A DNA stretch of 63,257 nucleotides, counting the filler, from Collodictyon triciliatum (taxonomy: Eukaryota): NCBI GenBank assembly GCA_043381765.1. It is 6 parts of 6 records of this genome, joined end to end, with 100 filler letters (N's around TTAATTAATTAA, not from the genome) between each part and the next. Parts side by side here need not be neighbours in the genome. Positions count along the whole stretch, not along the records: positions 29,680 to 40,022 come from JBHJMP010000299.1; positions 40,123 to 44,929 come from JBHJMP010000300.1; positions 45,030 to 59,650 come from JBHJMP010000302.1; 3 more parts are not named here. One strand, 5' to 3'. The notes below the pieces were generated by a model. That model did no database searches, was not told where the DNA came from, and was given only the letters and a program-made list of their open reading frames with translations. The position numbers and the translations under genes are program-made. Below, in pieces: positions 37,680-48,972 of this stretch. Positions within the stretch are counted from its first letter, which is position 1, and each line of letters opens with the position of its first letter.

Positions 37680-39943
37680 ATGCTGCCCTCCCCATCCACC
37701 GCCCCATCCACCGCCCCATCCACCGCCCCGTCCACCGCCCCGGCATCGGCATCGGCCTCGGCGGGGGTCTCTGGGTGCCCGGCGGGGGCGATCGTGACGA
37801 CGCGGGTGGGGCTGCTGCACCGCAGGCGGGGCTTCCAGTGGGCCGTGCGGCAGCACTACGTGCGGGGGCTGATCGCGTGCGGGGCGGCCTTCTGCTGCCG
37901 CTGCCCCTCCGGCCCCCTCCCGCCCCCGGGCTCTCCGTCTGCCCCCCCGCCAAACATGGACTTCGTGGCGCTGCACTGGACGCGCCCCCGACGCCTGCTG
38001 CTGCCCTCCCTGCTGCTTGTCAGGCGCGGCCTCGACGTCCTTGCCCACCCTTCCTTCTCCGGCATCGTCTTTCTCAAGTCTGCTATGCACAAGGTCGCCT
38101 CTCTGCCCTCTCTGCCCTCTCTGCCCTCCTATCCTCCTCTATTTCTTTTTCTTTTTCTTTCTTTTTCTTTTTCTTTTTCTTTTTCTTTTTCTTTTTCTTT
38201 TCTTTTCTTTTCTTTTCTTTTCTCTTCTCTTCTCTTCTCTTCTTTCTTCTTTTTGGGTCACCATCGTTTCATGCTTTTGTTGTATAGGGATCTTTGCCGC
38301 TGTCGCTGAACAATGCAAACCTCAAGATTCGGTGCTATTTTCGTTTTAATATACGCATATATTTCCATGCTTCTTCTTTTCCTTCTCCCTCCTCCTCCTN
38401 NNNNNNNNNNNNNNNNNNNNNNNNNNNNNNNNNNNNNNNNNNNNNNNNNNNNNNNNNNNNNNNNNNNNNNNNNNNNNNNNNNNNNNNNNNNNNNNNNNNT
38501 ACCATTACCATTACCATTACCATTACCATTACCATTACCATTACCATTACCATTACCATTACCATTACCATTACCATTACCATTACCATTACCATTACCA
38601 TTATTATCAAAGCAGTTTGAAAAAACAATCAAATTCTTTTAAATTCAGTATTTTCAAATTCTTCAAATTCTTTAATAGCAGAAAATCGAATTATTTTCAT
38701 GAATTATTTTTTTTAATGTAAAATCAAAATAGATTGGTAGGCAAATCATATCAGCAAAGAGTTCGAATTGTGGGTTCACTGAACCGAAATAGAGCGATAC
38801 ATGGAGATGTTGTGGCGATTGAGCTCCTAGATGAGGGGTATACTGGTAATGAGGAGGAGGAAGGACAATATATCGATATTGGGGTGGAGCAGGATGATGG
38901 TGACAATGTGGATATCAAAACCAAAGATCTTTATGGCAGAGTAATACTCAATAGCATATCTTGAAATTACAACCCCTTAAAATATAATATTATATTTTAC
39001 TTGGCTGTATAGACCTAGCCCAATCAATTACTTGTTAATTCTTCTATGCATTCTACTAATTTAGACATGATATATTTCTATAATTCTATTGAAAAGGTTG
39101 TCGGCATAGTTGAAAGAGTTCGAAGGCCGATAGTGGCATCTGTGTCTGAAAATGAGCAAAAATCGGAATCAACAAAATCCCAGTTTATACTCGTAACTCC
39201 AAGAGATTACCGATACCCTAAAGTCGGTCTTTTGCTTCATCTACGAACCTATTACAATAGATTATTCATGTGCGGATGAGGCAACACAATGCATTTCCTA
39301 ACTAAAAAGAATTAAAACTTCTGAGATCACCTTTCATTATGTAGGTTCGAGTTTTCACCAGTATGAGCTCTCATTTTATCAATCGAAGGATAGTTATCGA
39401 AATCGATCGCTGGGATCCCACGTCAAGGTACCCACAAGGTCGCTACGTCCAAACCATCGGAAATATCGATGACCTAGATGCAGAGGCATCCACAATCCTC
39501 CTTGACCATGGATTAACTCGCAACCCTTTCAGTGCAAATATTTTAAATTCACTACCGGTTAAACAAGTTGGTTTGTTTATTTCCTTTTTGCAGATCGTGT
39601 TCGTCCCAATAAATAACAATAAAGGAAACAATACCGATAGATTCAAACGCATACATTTATCACATCAAATACTTTCTTGGTCGCAATTCTATCGAAAATG
39701 ACGGGTTTAATTTCTTTCCTTTTGATTTTTTTTTTTTAAAAAAATACATCTGTTGTGGTTTTTTTAAATTTAATTTCCAAATCATAGGAGAGTCGTGGAA
39801 TATTCCACTTGAGGAGATATCAAAACGATTGGATTTACGCGATTCACACAGGGTATTCAGTATTGATCCACCTGGTTGTGAGGATGTTGATGATGCATTG
39901 TCAGCTAGAAATTTATCAGAGACTGAATTCGAGATTGGTGTTC
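37680..39943 (+). CDS. DIS3L: DIS3-like exoribonuclease 1 (CR3, PIN, cold-shock domains, start of RNB); internal gap and 3' truncation
   Basis: [20 protein letters not shown] (CR3 motif); [72 protein letters not shown]...EIGV. The GCEDVDD form resembles DIS3L more than DIS3 (GCTDIDD). Confidence 0.85.
38500..38600. repeat. Intronic (TACCAT)n hexamer array
   Basis: Directly visible. Confidence 0.95.
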
Positions 39944-40122
39944 GTATCCTTGTTTACATATAATTGACCAACTTCTCTTCCATACGCCCCCCCCCCCCCC
40001 CCCCCCCCCCTGCCAAAAAAAANNNNNNNNNNNNNNNNNNNNNNNNNNNNNNNNNNNNNNNNNNNNTTAATTAATTAANNNNNNNNNNNNNNNNNNNNNN
40101 NNNNNNNNNNNNNNNNNNNNNN

Positions 40123-40390
40123 GATTCGGTTTCTTAGGATTGTGGCAAATATCTTGTAGTCGTTGTTGAGTAGCGATATCGGGCGCCAGTCTCTGAGGTC
40201 AGTTGCATCCTCTTTCTTTGGGATTAGACGCACAATTGCCTTTGTAAAGCCATCCGGGGTGTTGTCTGCATCTGCAATCAGGCTGTTTAGGAGTCCGATT
40301 GGGGAGGTATGAATGAAATTGTTTGCATCCTTGTAAGGATTTACAAAGATCACTCCCGTCAGCAACCCGATTCTTTCACAATTCAATTCC
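40123..40390 (-). mobile_element. LINE reverse transcriptase N-terminal fragment at scaffold end
   Basis: AIVRLIPKKEDATDLRDWRPISLLNNDYKIFATILRNRI; similar to the start of the 29680 copy (IFTTLLRNRI). Confidence 0.9.
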
Positions 40391-40641
40391 ATTCATTTGC
40401 CCACATAATTTACATACATGTAAACCACGATAGTTATTGTGTACATGAACAAAAAGAAGAGGAAGACAACAACTGATTAAGTAGAGTTTTCCTTTGGGCA
40501 TATGAGGATAGAAGCAGCCAAATAAAATTTTGATGAAAAAGATTTCTTTATAATTATTTTCTGAAATTGCATGCTGCTCACAGCAAAGCGACCCGAGGGT
40601 ATCTCCTTGGTGTGACTTTGGGAAAAAGGGACTCCAGGGTG

Positions 40642-41600
40642 TCAAATGGCACTCAAGTATGCAGCCCTGATTTCCGTGAAAGAAGGTCGTGCAGCAGAAT
40701 CGTTGTCCCAGCAATGTTTCATCAGCTTTACTATTCCAGGATTCATGTTTCGAGTTATAACAGGTCGCAGTCCTTTTGTGATTTCATTCTGGATCGCAAA
40801 GCCACTTTGCTCCGGGTACGGGTTCTTCCGGTTCTCAATTTCCCACAGTACTATGGCGAAGCTGTAAACGTCTGCTTTTTCATCATATCGTTCTCCGCGC
40901 ATGACCTTAACAAAATGATTCATATTATCGGTACAAATTATCAACAAGTTCTTATGCTCAAATAGAATTGATGAATATTTGCATCTGTATGTAACATCTC
41001 GGATAAGGGGAGATGGAAGAAAACCTCTGGTGCCTGGTACGTTGCAGTTCCGCATTTAGTCATCGTCCTGGTGTTTGCACGAATGCGCGCAAAACCAAAA
41101 TCACATATTTTAGGCTCAAAATCGTGCGATATCTATTTAACATTTTACGTTTTAGCAAAGATACCTATTCGGAACGAAGTGAATCATGAATAATTCAGGT
41201 ACATATACCAAAATGTTTGCCGTCTTCAAGTCTCGATGTAAAATGATGGGGTTTTGCGTGTGAAGATATTCCATCCCGTTAACGATTCCCTCGATGATCT
41301 GCTTTCTGAAAGAAATATCGGCGGTGTGAATACAATTATTTATTAAACATTGTGAAAGACCGAGCAATCAATATATTTCCGCATTATTTTGGTGCTTCTA
41401 GCACGTACTTGTTCATCAACGATAGTGGGGTTTGGGTGTCTTTCAGGAATTCGCGCAGATTTCCAGGTTCCACCAGTTCTGTAACCATAACCAGTCGTTC
41501 GGGCTCAGCACAGGCTCCGATGAATTTGATAATGTTTGGGTGGTCTAGTTTCCTAGAGAAACAAAACCAAGATTTTGATTACTTCAAAGAAAGTTGGTGC

Positions 41601-41673
<73 letters not shown>

Positions 41674-44600
41674 NNNNNNNNNNNNNNNNNNNNNNNNNNN
41701 NNNNNNNNNNNNNNNNNNNNNNNNNNNNNNNNNNNNNNNNNNNNNNNNNNNNNNNNNNNNNNNNNNNNNNNNNGGGTCAACAATGGCTACAAAAAAAAAA
41801 ATAATTTTTTTTTTGTTTTATTTTTAAAAAAAAAAAAAAAAAAAATTTAATAAATTCAAAAAAAATTGGTGCTGTAAAAAAAAAAAAAAAAAGCACAACC
41901 TGTCAATGTATGAAGAATCAAAATTACCAGAAAAAAATAAAGAAATGAAAATAGTGAATTTTATTTGGGAAACAATAAATTGTCCAGGGACCTTAGCATC
42001 GAAATTTCTGACATAAACGCAATATTGGATTCGTCTTTGCCTGTTTGGATCAGGAATTTTTTTACAGCCACTCTTAATCCCTGGGAAAGTATCACAGCAA
42101 GTGATTAGCGGAAATATTGCGTAAGTGGCAGATATAAAGCATATCTAACAGAGAATAAGCACATGGAAAAAAAATAGTAGGAGTAGAAAAGGGGATACGC
42201 GGGGTTCGATGAATAACCTTGTATTCAGCCGAATAGACAGCCCCATAAGAGCCCGAGCCCATCAGTTTTGGATTCATCTTGATATCAGTGTAGGCGATGC
42301 GCCATGTAGGATTAGTCTGGGAAACGTGTTGGCGGTTCCTGCTTGAAGGTAGGTGAGCATTCTTATATTCTCGGCTTTTGTCTCCGTGCCCATCAGGTAT
42401 GTTCGGGATACCAACCCGAGTGTCGTAAGATGCATTTTCTGAGCCTTTCTCCTTGTTGTGCTACCCGTTGAAAATATTTTCTTTTTTTTTAGAAAATGGA
42501 ACACCTTTTTAAGTACATACTATTAAATGATTGGTGAACAATGCTCTTCACTATGTAATGCACAATGTCCAAACCATGTTTTCAGCTCTGCTTTTCATCA
42601 AAATGTGATACGCCTATAATTTTGAACAATGAGCGAATGATAAAAGACCGCTGATGATAAAGAGTGATAAAGTCCTCTTACTTCATATACGGCTTGTGGG
42701 TTGGTCATGTCTTGGGATGTAACTCGTCTAAGTACAGCAATCTTCTGAAGCTCAGGCATGGTTTTCGATAGATTCTTGTGATTTGAGCACAAAACAGAGA
42801 TTCAATCAGGTTTTCTTTTGATTGTATCTACATGGATTAAAAAAACCGAGAAAATTGAGACCTGATAGACTGCCTCACTTAATAGTATTTGCCCACCGAG
42901 CGCGTCCATCATCAACTCTTGCGAAAGGGAAGCAACCTAAATGTCAAGCCAAGAATAAATGCGAAATATAAAAAAAAGGAAATGATATCAAAATTCGAAA
43001 AGGAAAAAGAGAAATGGAAATGGAAAATATGCGTGACAACCCACTCATATTTATAACATGAATTACTCCACATAATTACCTTCCCTCGGTACTCGTAGTG
43101 ATTGGGGAATTCCTCCAGTGTGATGGTACAAACCCCAAATGAAATTCCCTGGTATGAATATGAATTTTTTCAGAGTATGTTTTTTTTTCCAAAGAAACAT
43201 GAGACAGAGAAAAAATAAACGCTGTTCGATTATCAGTGAGGAAACTAATTAAAACAATTTATATTCGAAAGTTTTCCTACGCACCATTTTGACCCGAAGT
43301 CCTCTTAGGGAGCCGCAGAGAATATCGTTGGCATTTTCATGTGCGAGGATCTCTTTATTCCAATTATGTTCTTGAAGTTCTGCTTGTACTTCCACACAGA
43401 ATCTGCAATTTTTTATTAAAAAAAATACACGGTTGATTTTGATTCTTATATGGGCGTTTGAAAAAATTGTAACTTAATTATAAATAAAAACAACATACTT
43501 CATAGCGTCCATCGACTCTTGGAAAATAACGACAAACTGGTCTAATTCTGTCCGGCTGATATACCCATGCCTTCTAGCCGACGCCTGAATTATTAGGAAA
43601 CATAAGGATTTCTTCTCTGATGATAACCCGACGATATTATATATGTATTAAATTGAGCGCGGGGAACCTGTCTTATTATTCTATTCTGTGACATGACGGC
43701 TTCATACATTTCCACGGACAGGTCTTCCCATAGCCTTTCAGAGCCGTAAATGGCGGTATGAACAACAGCTACATTTCCTTGGGGTGTTTTTTCAGCCTTT
43801 CGACAATATGTTAAAAAAATAAAATTTTATTTCGTAAACATTAAATCGGGTCTATCTAGATATAAAATAAAATAAAATACGTCATATTTTGATTTATAAT
43901 GTAACATTTTACGGGGTTTGACTCTGAGTTTGAATTCGATGCACCGGCTCCTGTTTCAGAGAGCACCTTTATGAAATTATATCAAATAATTAAATTAGTA
44001 AAAGATACAACATAAGTTAAAATTAAATTGATTTGGGGTGATAAAAGAAAAAAAAAGGCTGATATTTATAAATATTATCACAGAAGGCGGACTCACGTTG
44101 ATGGCCTTGGCTAATTGTTGGAATGATTGTCTCTGTGAAACATCCGAGCTCCAAGATGACTGCATAATATGTTTTATAGGTTCTGAAATATCATGTGGGA
44201 TACTCGGTCGTAATCCTTCCAGAACTATTTTTCCTGGCAGCGCATAAATCGTTTCGATATTTTCGTATGGTGTTTTCCGCGTTAGGATTTCCCAGACGAT
44301 GATTCCAAAGCTGTAGACATCAGCAGATTCTCCATATTCTCCACCAGCAATTACTTCTGGGGCCAACCAAAATAAACTGCCAGAATTGTCCTTCTTCTCA
44401 TTGGCCCCTTTTATAAAGGTCAGTCCGAAATCACTGTGATGGGTAATCAATATTAAACTCTTCAAAAGACATGAAAAAAATGGGTGCACATCATATTTCT
44501 GTATTATCCATTTCGAAATTCAGGTGCTATGAAAACACAATAATAATTTACCAAACTTTCAAGCGGAAGTGGTCGTCCACCTCAAGTCGTTTAATAGACA

Positions 44601-44913
44601 GAAAAATGGTTGATTTTAGGGGATTTATGAGCCATACATAATATTTTTTTATTATAATTTTGATCTCCAAAATAAAAACAAAGGTACTTGAGAGAAAGGA
44701 AGTTTACCAGAATATTCAAGCTTTTCAAGTCTCGATGGATGATTGGCGGATTGGACATATGCAGATACTGCATTCCTGTGATACACAGCTTAGCACATGA
44801 AACAAATACTTGGTGATATATGCGGCTTGCTATCTTACTAACCTTTACATATATCTGACATAAACTGGATTTGCTGTTTATAAGGAATGCTTCTACTTTC
44901 GTCATGCAAAACA
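40642..44913 (-). CDS. TKL kinase - class III cyclase-like domain (degenerate) - TKL kinase; 5' part lost at scaffold end
   Basis: Kinase 1: DICKGMQYLH...IIHRDLKSLNIL...DFGL...GSLFWLAPE...DVYSFG. Middle: PQGNVAVVHTAIYGSERLWE...GYISRTELDQF...RGLRVKMGISFG...GGQILLSE. Kinase 2: GSGSYG/VAVK/HRDLKTANIL/DFGFAR/APE; stop at 40644-40642. Confidence 0.9.
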
Positions 44914-45353
44914 CTAAAGAGTGAACCGTNNNNNNNNNNNNNNNNNNNNNNNNNNNNNNNNNNNNNNNNNNNNTTAATTAATTAANNNNNNNNNNNNNNN
45001 NNNNNNNNNNNNNNNNNNNNNNNNNNNNNAAAAATAAAAATAAAAATAAAAATAAAAATAAAAATAAAAATAAAAATAAAAATAAAAATAAAAATAAAAA
45101 TAAAAATAAAAATAAAAAAATAAAAATAAAAATAAAAATAAAAATAAAAATAAAAATAAAAATAAAAATAAAAATAAAAATAAAAACAAAAACAAAAACA
45201 AAAACAAAAATTTATAAATGTCCTTCATAAATGCATAACACGCCGGCCATTCCCTTAGAGCCCAAGCGACTCTTTCTGTGGTGACTCACCACTTGTGAAG
45301 GCAAGCACAAGCATACATTCACTGGCCCAATCACTCCCACAGCAGGTCGATGC

Positions 45354-47812
45354 ATGGAAAGTCGAGTGCCTTACCGATCAAAGTCCTCGCTATTATCTCG
45401 TCCTAAGGATGCGTCTGACCCGCTTCTTCCCTTTTCTTCTTCGAACTCGCTTGACGCAAGCGTCGCCCGTTCAAAAAGCTCTGCCGGTTCAGCATCTGTC
45501 CTAGACATGTCCTCCTCCTCTGAGCAGGTGATTTGCTTCTATCACCTCACTACTTGCTGCCCAGCACCAAGATAGCAAATCCAGCCTGTTTTTCATCCTT
45601 TAATCAGGGAAGATAAAGACAGAGGATGGTGTGACAAGATAGTGGAAAAAAAATGCACCTGAATATATTTTCGGGTATAATCATAGAGCGGATCCTCCGA
45701 AGGGAAGGCGAGGTATCGCATATCGGCGATTGACTGGAAGTTCTTTCGAGAAGGAGATACGACCCATTTACCTCCTCGACGAGGAACAACACCAAACAGA
45801 ATGATGAAAATCAAAACTGATGCTACGAAGCACGAAGAAATGCAAAGTCCAGTCCGATGGACTCCAGATGTATGTATACCAGATAAATTGTGCGATGCAT
45901 ATTATTTTGCACTTATCTTTCCCTGTTCATTTGCGCTCCTCATTTAACTCTCTGTTTGTTTTCTTTCTTTTTTTGTATGATTTTATTTAATGCGACTTAC
46001 AAATGATGACTCAGATATTATACCAGATGCAATAAATATCCACATGAATGTGCTCTATAATTGTGTAACAAGCTGAAAATAACAAATACCTTGGTGCAGT
46101 GCGATCTGCATTGATAACGGAATGGTTGAGTCACCATGTTGAAACTTACACGGTTCTTATACAAGCAGAACAGTTCGTTACTAACCGATGATGAAATCAC
46201 CCTGATTGGAGAGATATTGCAAGACGAAGTCATTTTGTATGAGGATGGAGAACAAAGACAGGATGATAAAACATGGAGCATATCTAACTTACCTATGATT
46301 CAAACACCAGATATGATGGAACCAATTCAGATGATGCCATCCATCCATAATACAGCCGCACTTATGATGCATTCGAAGACAATGGCTCATAATCCCTTAA
46401 TCCCGGCTAGGTAGGACTCAATCACACACATCAGACGCACACTCCGTTCTTTCCCCTCTGACTCAACCTCACCAATTGAGATAAAGAAAATAACTAATTT
46501 CAGAGTGCTAATTTTACTGAGTTTGTATCCCGGGAAAATGTAGCGCTCTGTTCTCAACTCACAATACATCAGCAAGCCACTTGCAAGGATCAGTGAAATC
46601 CTTCGATCATTTTGTATGTCTACATTAATTTAATAACCTTGCTTTTTTTTCTAATATGTATATTTTTTTTTTTTTTTTTTTACCGATGGTCAGTGCTAAG
46701 ACTCTGGAACGATGTATTCCTTGTAGACTGATTTTCCCATAATATAGCCACCGCAGATAAATACGAGTTTAAAATACCGGAATTCCATGAAATTAAGCCC
46801 AGTTTCTCTGGTGACATCTGTGACGCACTCTCCATCTGTATCTCCTCGATATCATTTGAACGCGACCATCGTCTCAGCGGGTACATCAATCCTTAACCGG
46901 CGGGGAGACCACAACCACCAGCAAAAAGGAAGGAGCCGAATCAGATCCATCAACAAAGCCATCTCAGTAAGTTTATTATATACGGAAAGTGGATTAAAAT
47001 ATTCACCGTTTTTTTTTTTTTAAAAAAAAAGCATAATAACCCAACGAGTCAATGTTAATGGATTGTTACCAATTATTCACGCATTACCACTATCAAACAG
47101 CTCAGCAATCAGTTAGCACAAAGAATAAACCGAAGACAATCTATCAATGCTGACAGTCTTGTTAATGAAGAGTACTTGAAATGTGCAGCTCAAATTCTTT
47201 TTCAGATTGACTAACACATATAATAATGAACATTAGTCGGGTAATACTAGAATCAACTTTTTCACATTTTGTTCATAGTTCAAAGGGAAATGGAAGAGTA
47301 TTTTCAGGACCCGACAGTATCAGCTCAACTAAGTAGATAATTGTCTCGTTTTTGTCATCTTCAACGATTATCTGATTTTTTTTTTTTTTACCTATCTGTT
47401 GGTTTTATGTTTATCCTAAATACTATGATAGAAGACAATCCTAACAGTGGCAGCGCAGCTCAAACCGGGATGCGGTCTTACGGAAGCGTTGAAATTCGAG
47501 AAATCAATAGCTTTGAAGTGCCATTCGACTGGGAGAAAAGCTCTACAATCGAGACCGAAATGAGTAGGTTTTTGTGGCAGACTCGTCAATCCAAACTGCT
47601 ATTTTGATGTTTTTAGAAGCACCCTTGCAGTATAATCTGTAATAAAGAGGAAATAATCATGTCTCATGAGCTCGAACTTTTTTTTTTTAAAAAAAATCTT
47701 TCAAAAAATTTTAATCATCCGCTTGCTTCTTGGTAATTCAGTTCGTCGGAAACGAGGCGATGAGGTCACTACGAGCCAACTTAAGCTTCAGCCTTTCAGC
47801 TCCTCCATATGA
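45354..47812 (+). CDS. Hypothetical multi-exon, serine-rich protein
   Basis: About eight GT-AG-bounded exons can be joined in frame (e.g. 45354-45527, 46168-46410, 46748-46966); no recognisable domain; last exon uncertain. Confidence 0.55.
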
Positions 47813-48485
47813 ATTTTGATGGAGCACTCCAAGACGAATTTTTACAAATTATGATAATTGCTAGTCTGTTTCAGTCATTTCTACCCCATTATCTCAGTTA
47901 AATCCTTAATACTCCACACTGCTTTAAGTTAGCAGCTTATTCTATTCCTATTTCTTCAAATAGAATTATAGCCGCTGTACCTGATGAAACCTCAGTCATA
48001 CAATAAATCAACATGGTTTTCACATTTTTTTTTTTTATACAATAAGAAGTCACGAGTCGTTACATCGCACCCCACAATATGAATGATGCGATGTGATAAC
48101 TACGAAGATAGTGGTTAGTGTGAAAAAAAAACGGTCAAAATTCCAACTCTTTTCTGAGTTATTCCGTAACAACGTTTGGATTTGAGGAAAGGTATTTGGA
48201 TTGTCAACAAAAACAAGTATAAGCGCATGCAATTTAAAAACAACCTAATTATGGATAACAAACATATATTCAATTTAAGACATCACATACAAACATCTAT
48301 GCAAAATTTTTACATTTTTTCATTCGCATAATTGCCTTGACAGCAGATAGATACATTTTATGCGCTTTATGCACACAACATCGCGGCTACAGCCAGAGAT
48401 TTACAAGCACAAGAATTTTTTCATTTTTTTTAAAATGATACCTAAGCTGCCATCTCCACCGGCCTTTATATCCTTGATAAAAAGA

Positions 48486-48574
48486 ATGTCTATTGCGCGA
48501 GTGTGACGCCTCAGTCAGCAGACAAGATTCCGTGGTGCTGCGCGTTGAGACTATACCGCTACTAGACATGAGGC
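48486..48574. ncRNA. Candidate structured RNA element upstream of the tRNA
   Basis: ATGTCTA(48486-92)/TAGACAT(48563-69) and GCCTCA(48508-13)/TGAGGC(48569-74) inverted repeats plus internal GCAG/CTGC; GC-rich island in AT-rich DNA. Confidence 0.25.
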
Positions 48575-48619
48575 AAATATTGTAATAAATTTTATTAATA
48601 TTTTCATATCATCAAGAGC

Positions 48620-48692
48620 GCCCGGTTAGCTCAGTCGGTAGAGCGTCAGGCTTTTAACCTGAATGTCGTGGGTTCGACCCCCACACCGGGCG
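48620..48692 (+). tRNA. tRNA-Lys (anticodon TTT), intronless
   Basis: Acceptor GCCCGGT/ACCGGGC, D arm GCTC-AGTCGGTA-GAGC, anticodon arm TCAGG-CTTTTAA-CCTGA, T arm GTGGG-TTCGACC-CCCAC; 73 nt. Confidence 0.98.
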
Positions 48693-48972
48693 ATTATGTT
48701 TTGCCCCTTCGCCCTTCCTCCAGATTTGGGGGTAATGTGGTCTGTCTGTGGTGTAATCACACTGCTTCGAATCAAAACTGAAGCAGAAACCATTCCAGCA
48801 AGCGCCACATCTTTTTCCTTCCACCTATCTTATGCTCGAAAGATTTTCTTTTTCTTCTTCTCTTTCATTCTTTTCCTTCTTTCCGCCGCACTTTGATAGC
48901 TTTTACTCTTCCATTGGACCAGCCCTTCTTTCGTGGTGGCTGAACTATAATGCCCAGCTCCCAATCAACAGG

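Noticed and set aside
38500..38600. (TACCAT)n as interstitial telomere repeat
   Set aside because: TAATGG is not a recognised telomere unit to my knowledge and it is one of many unrelated intronic arrays.
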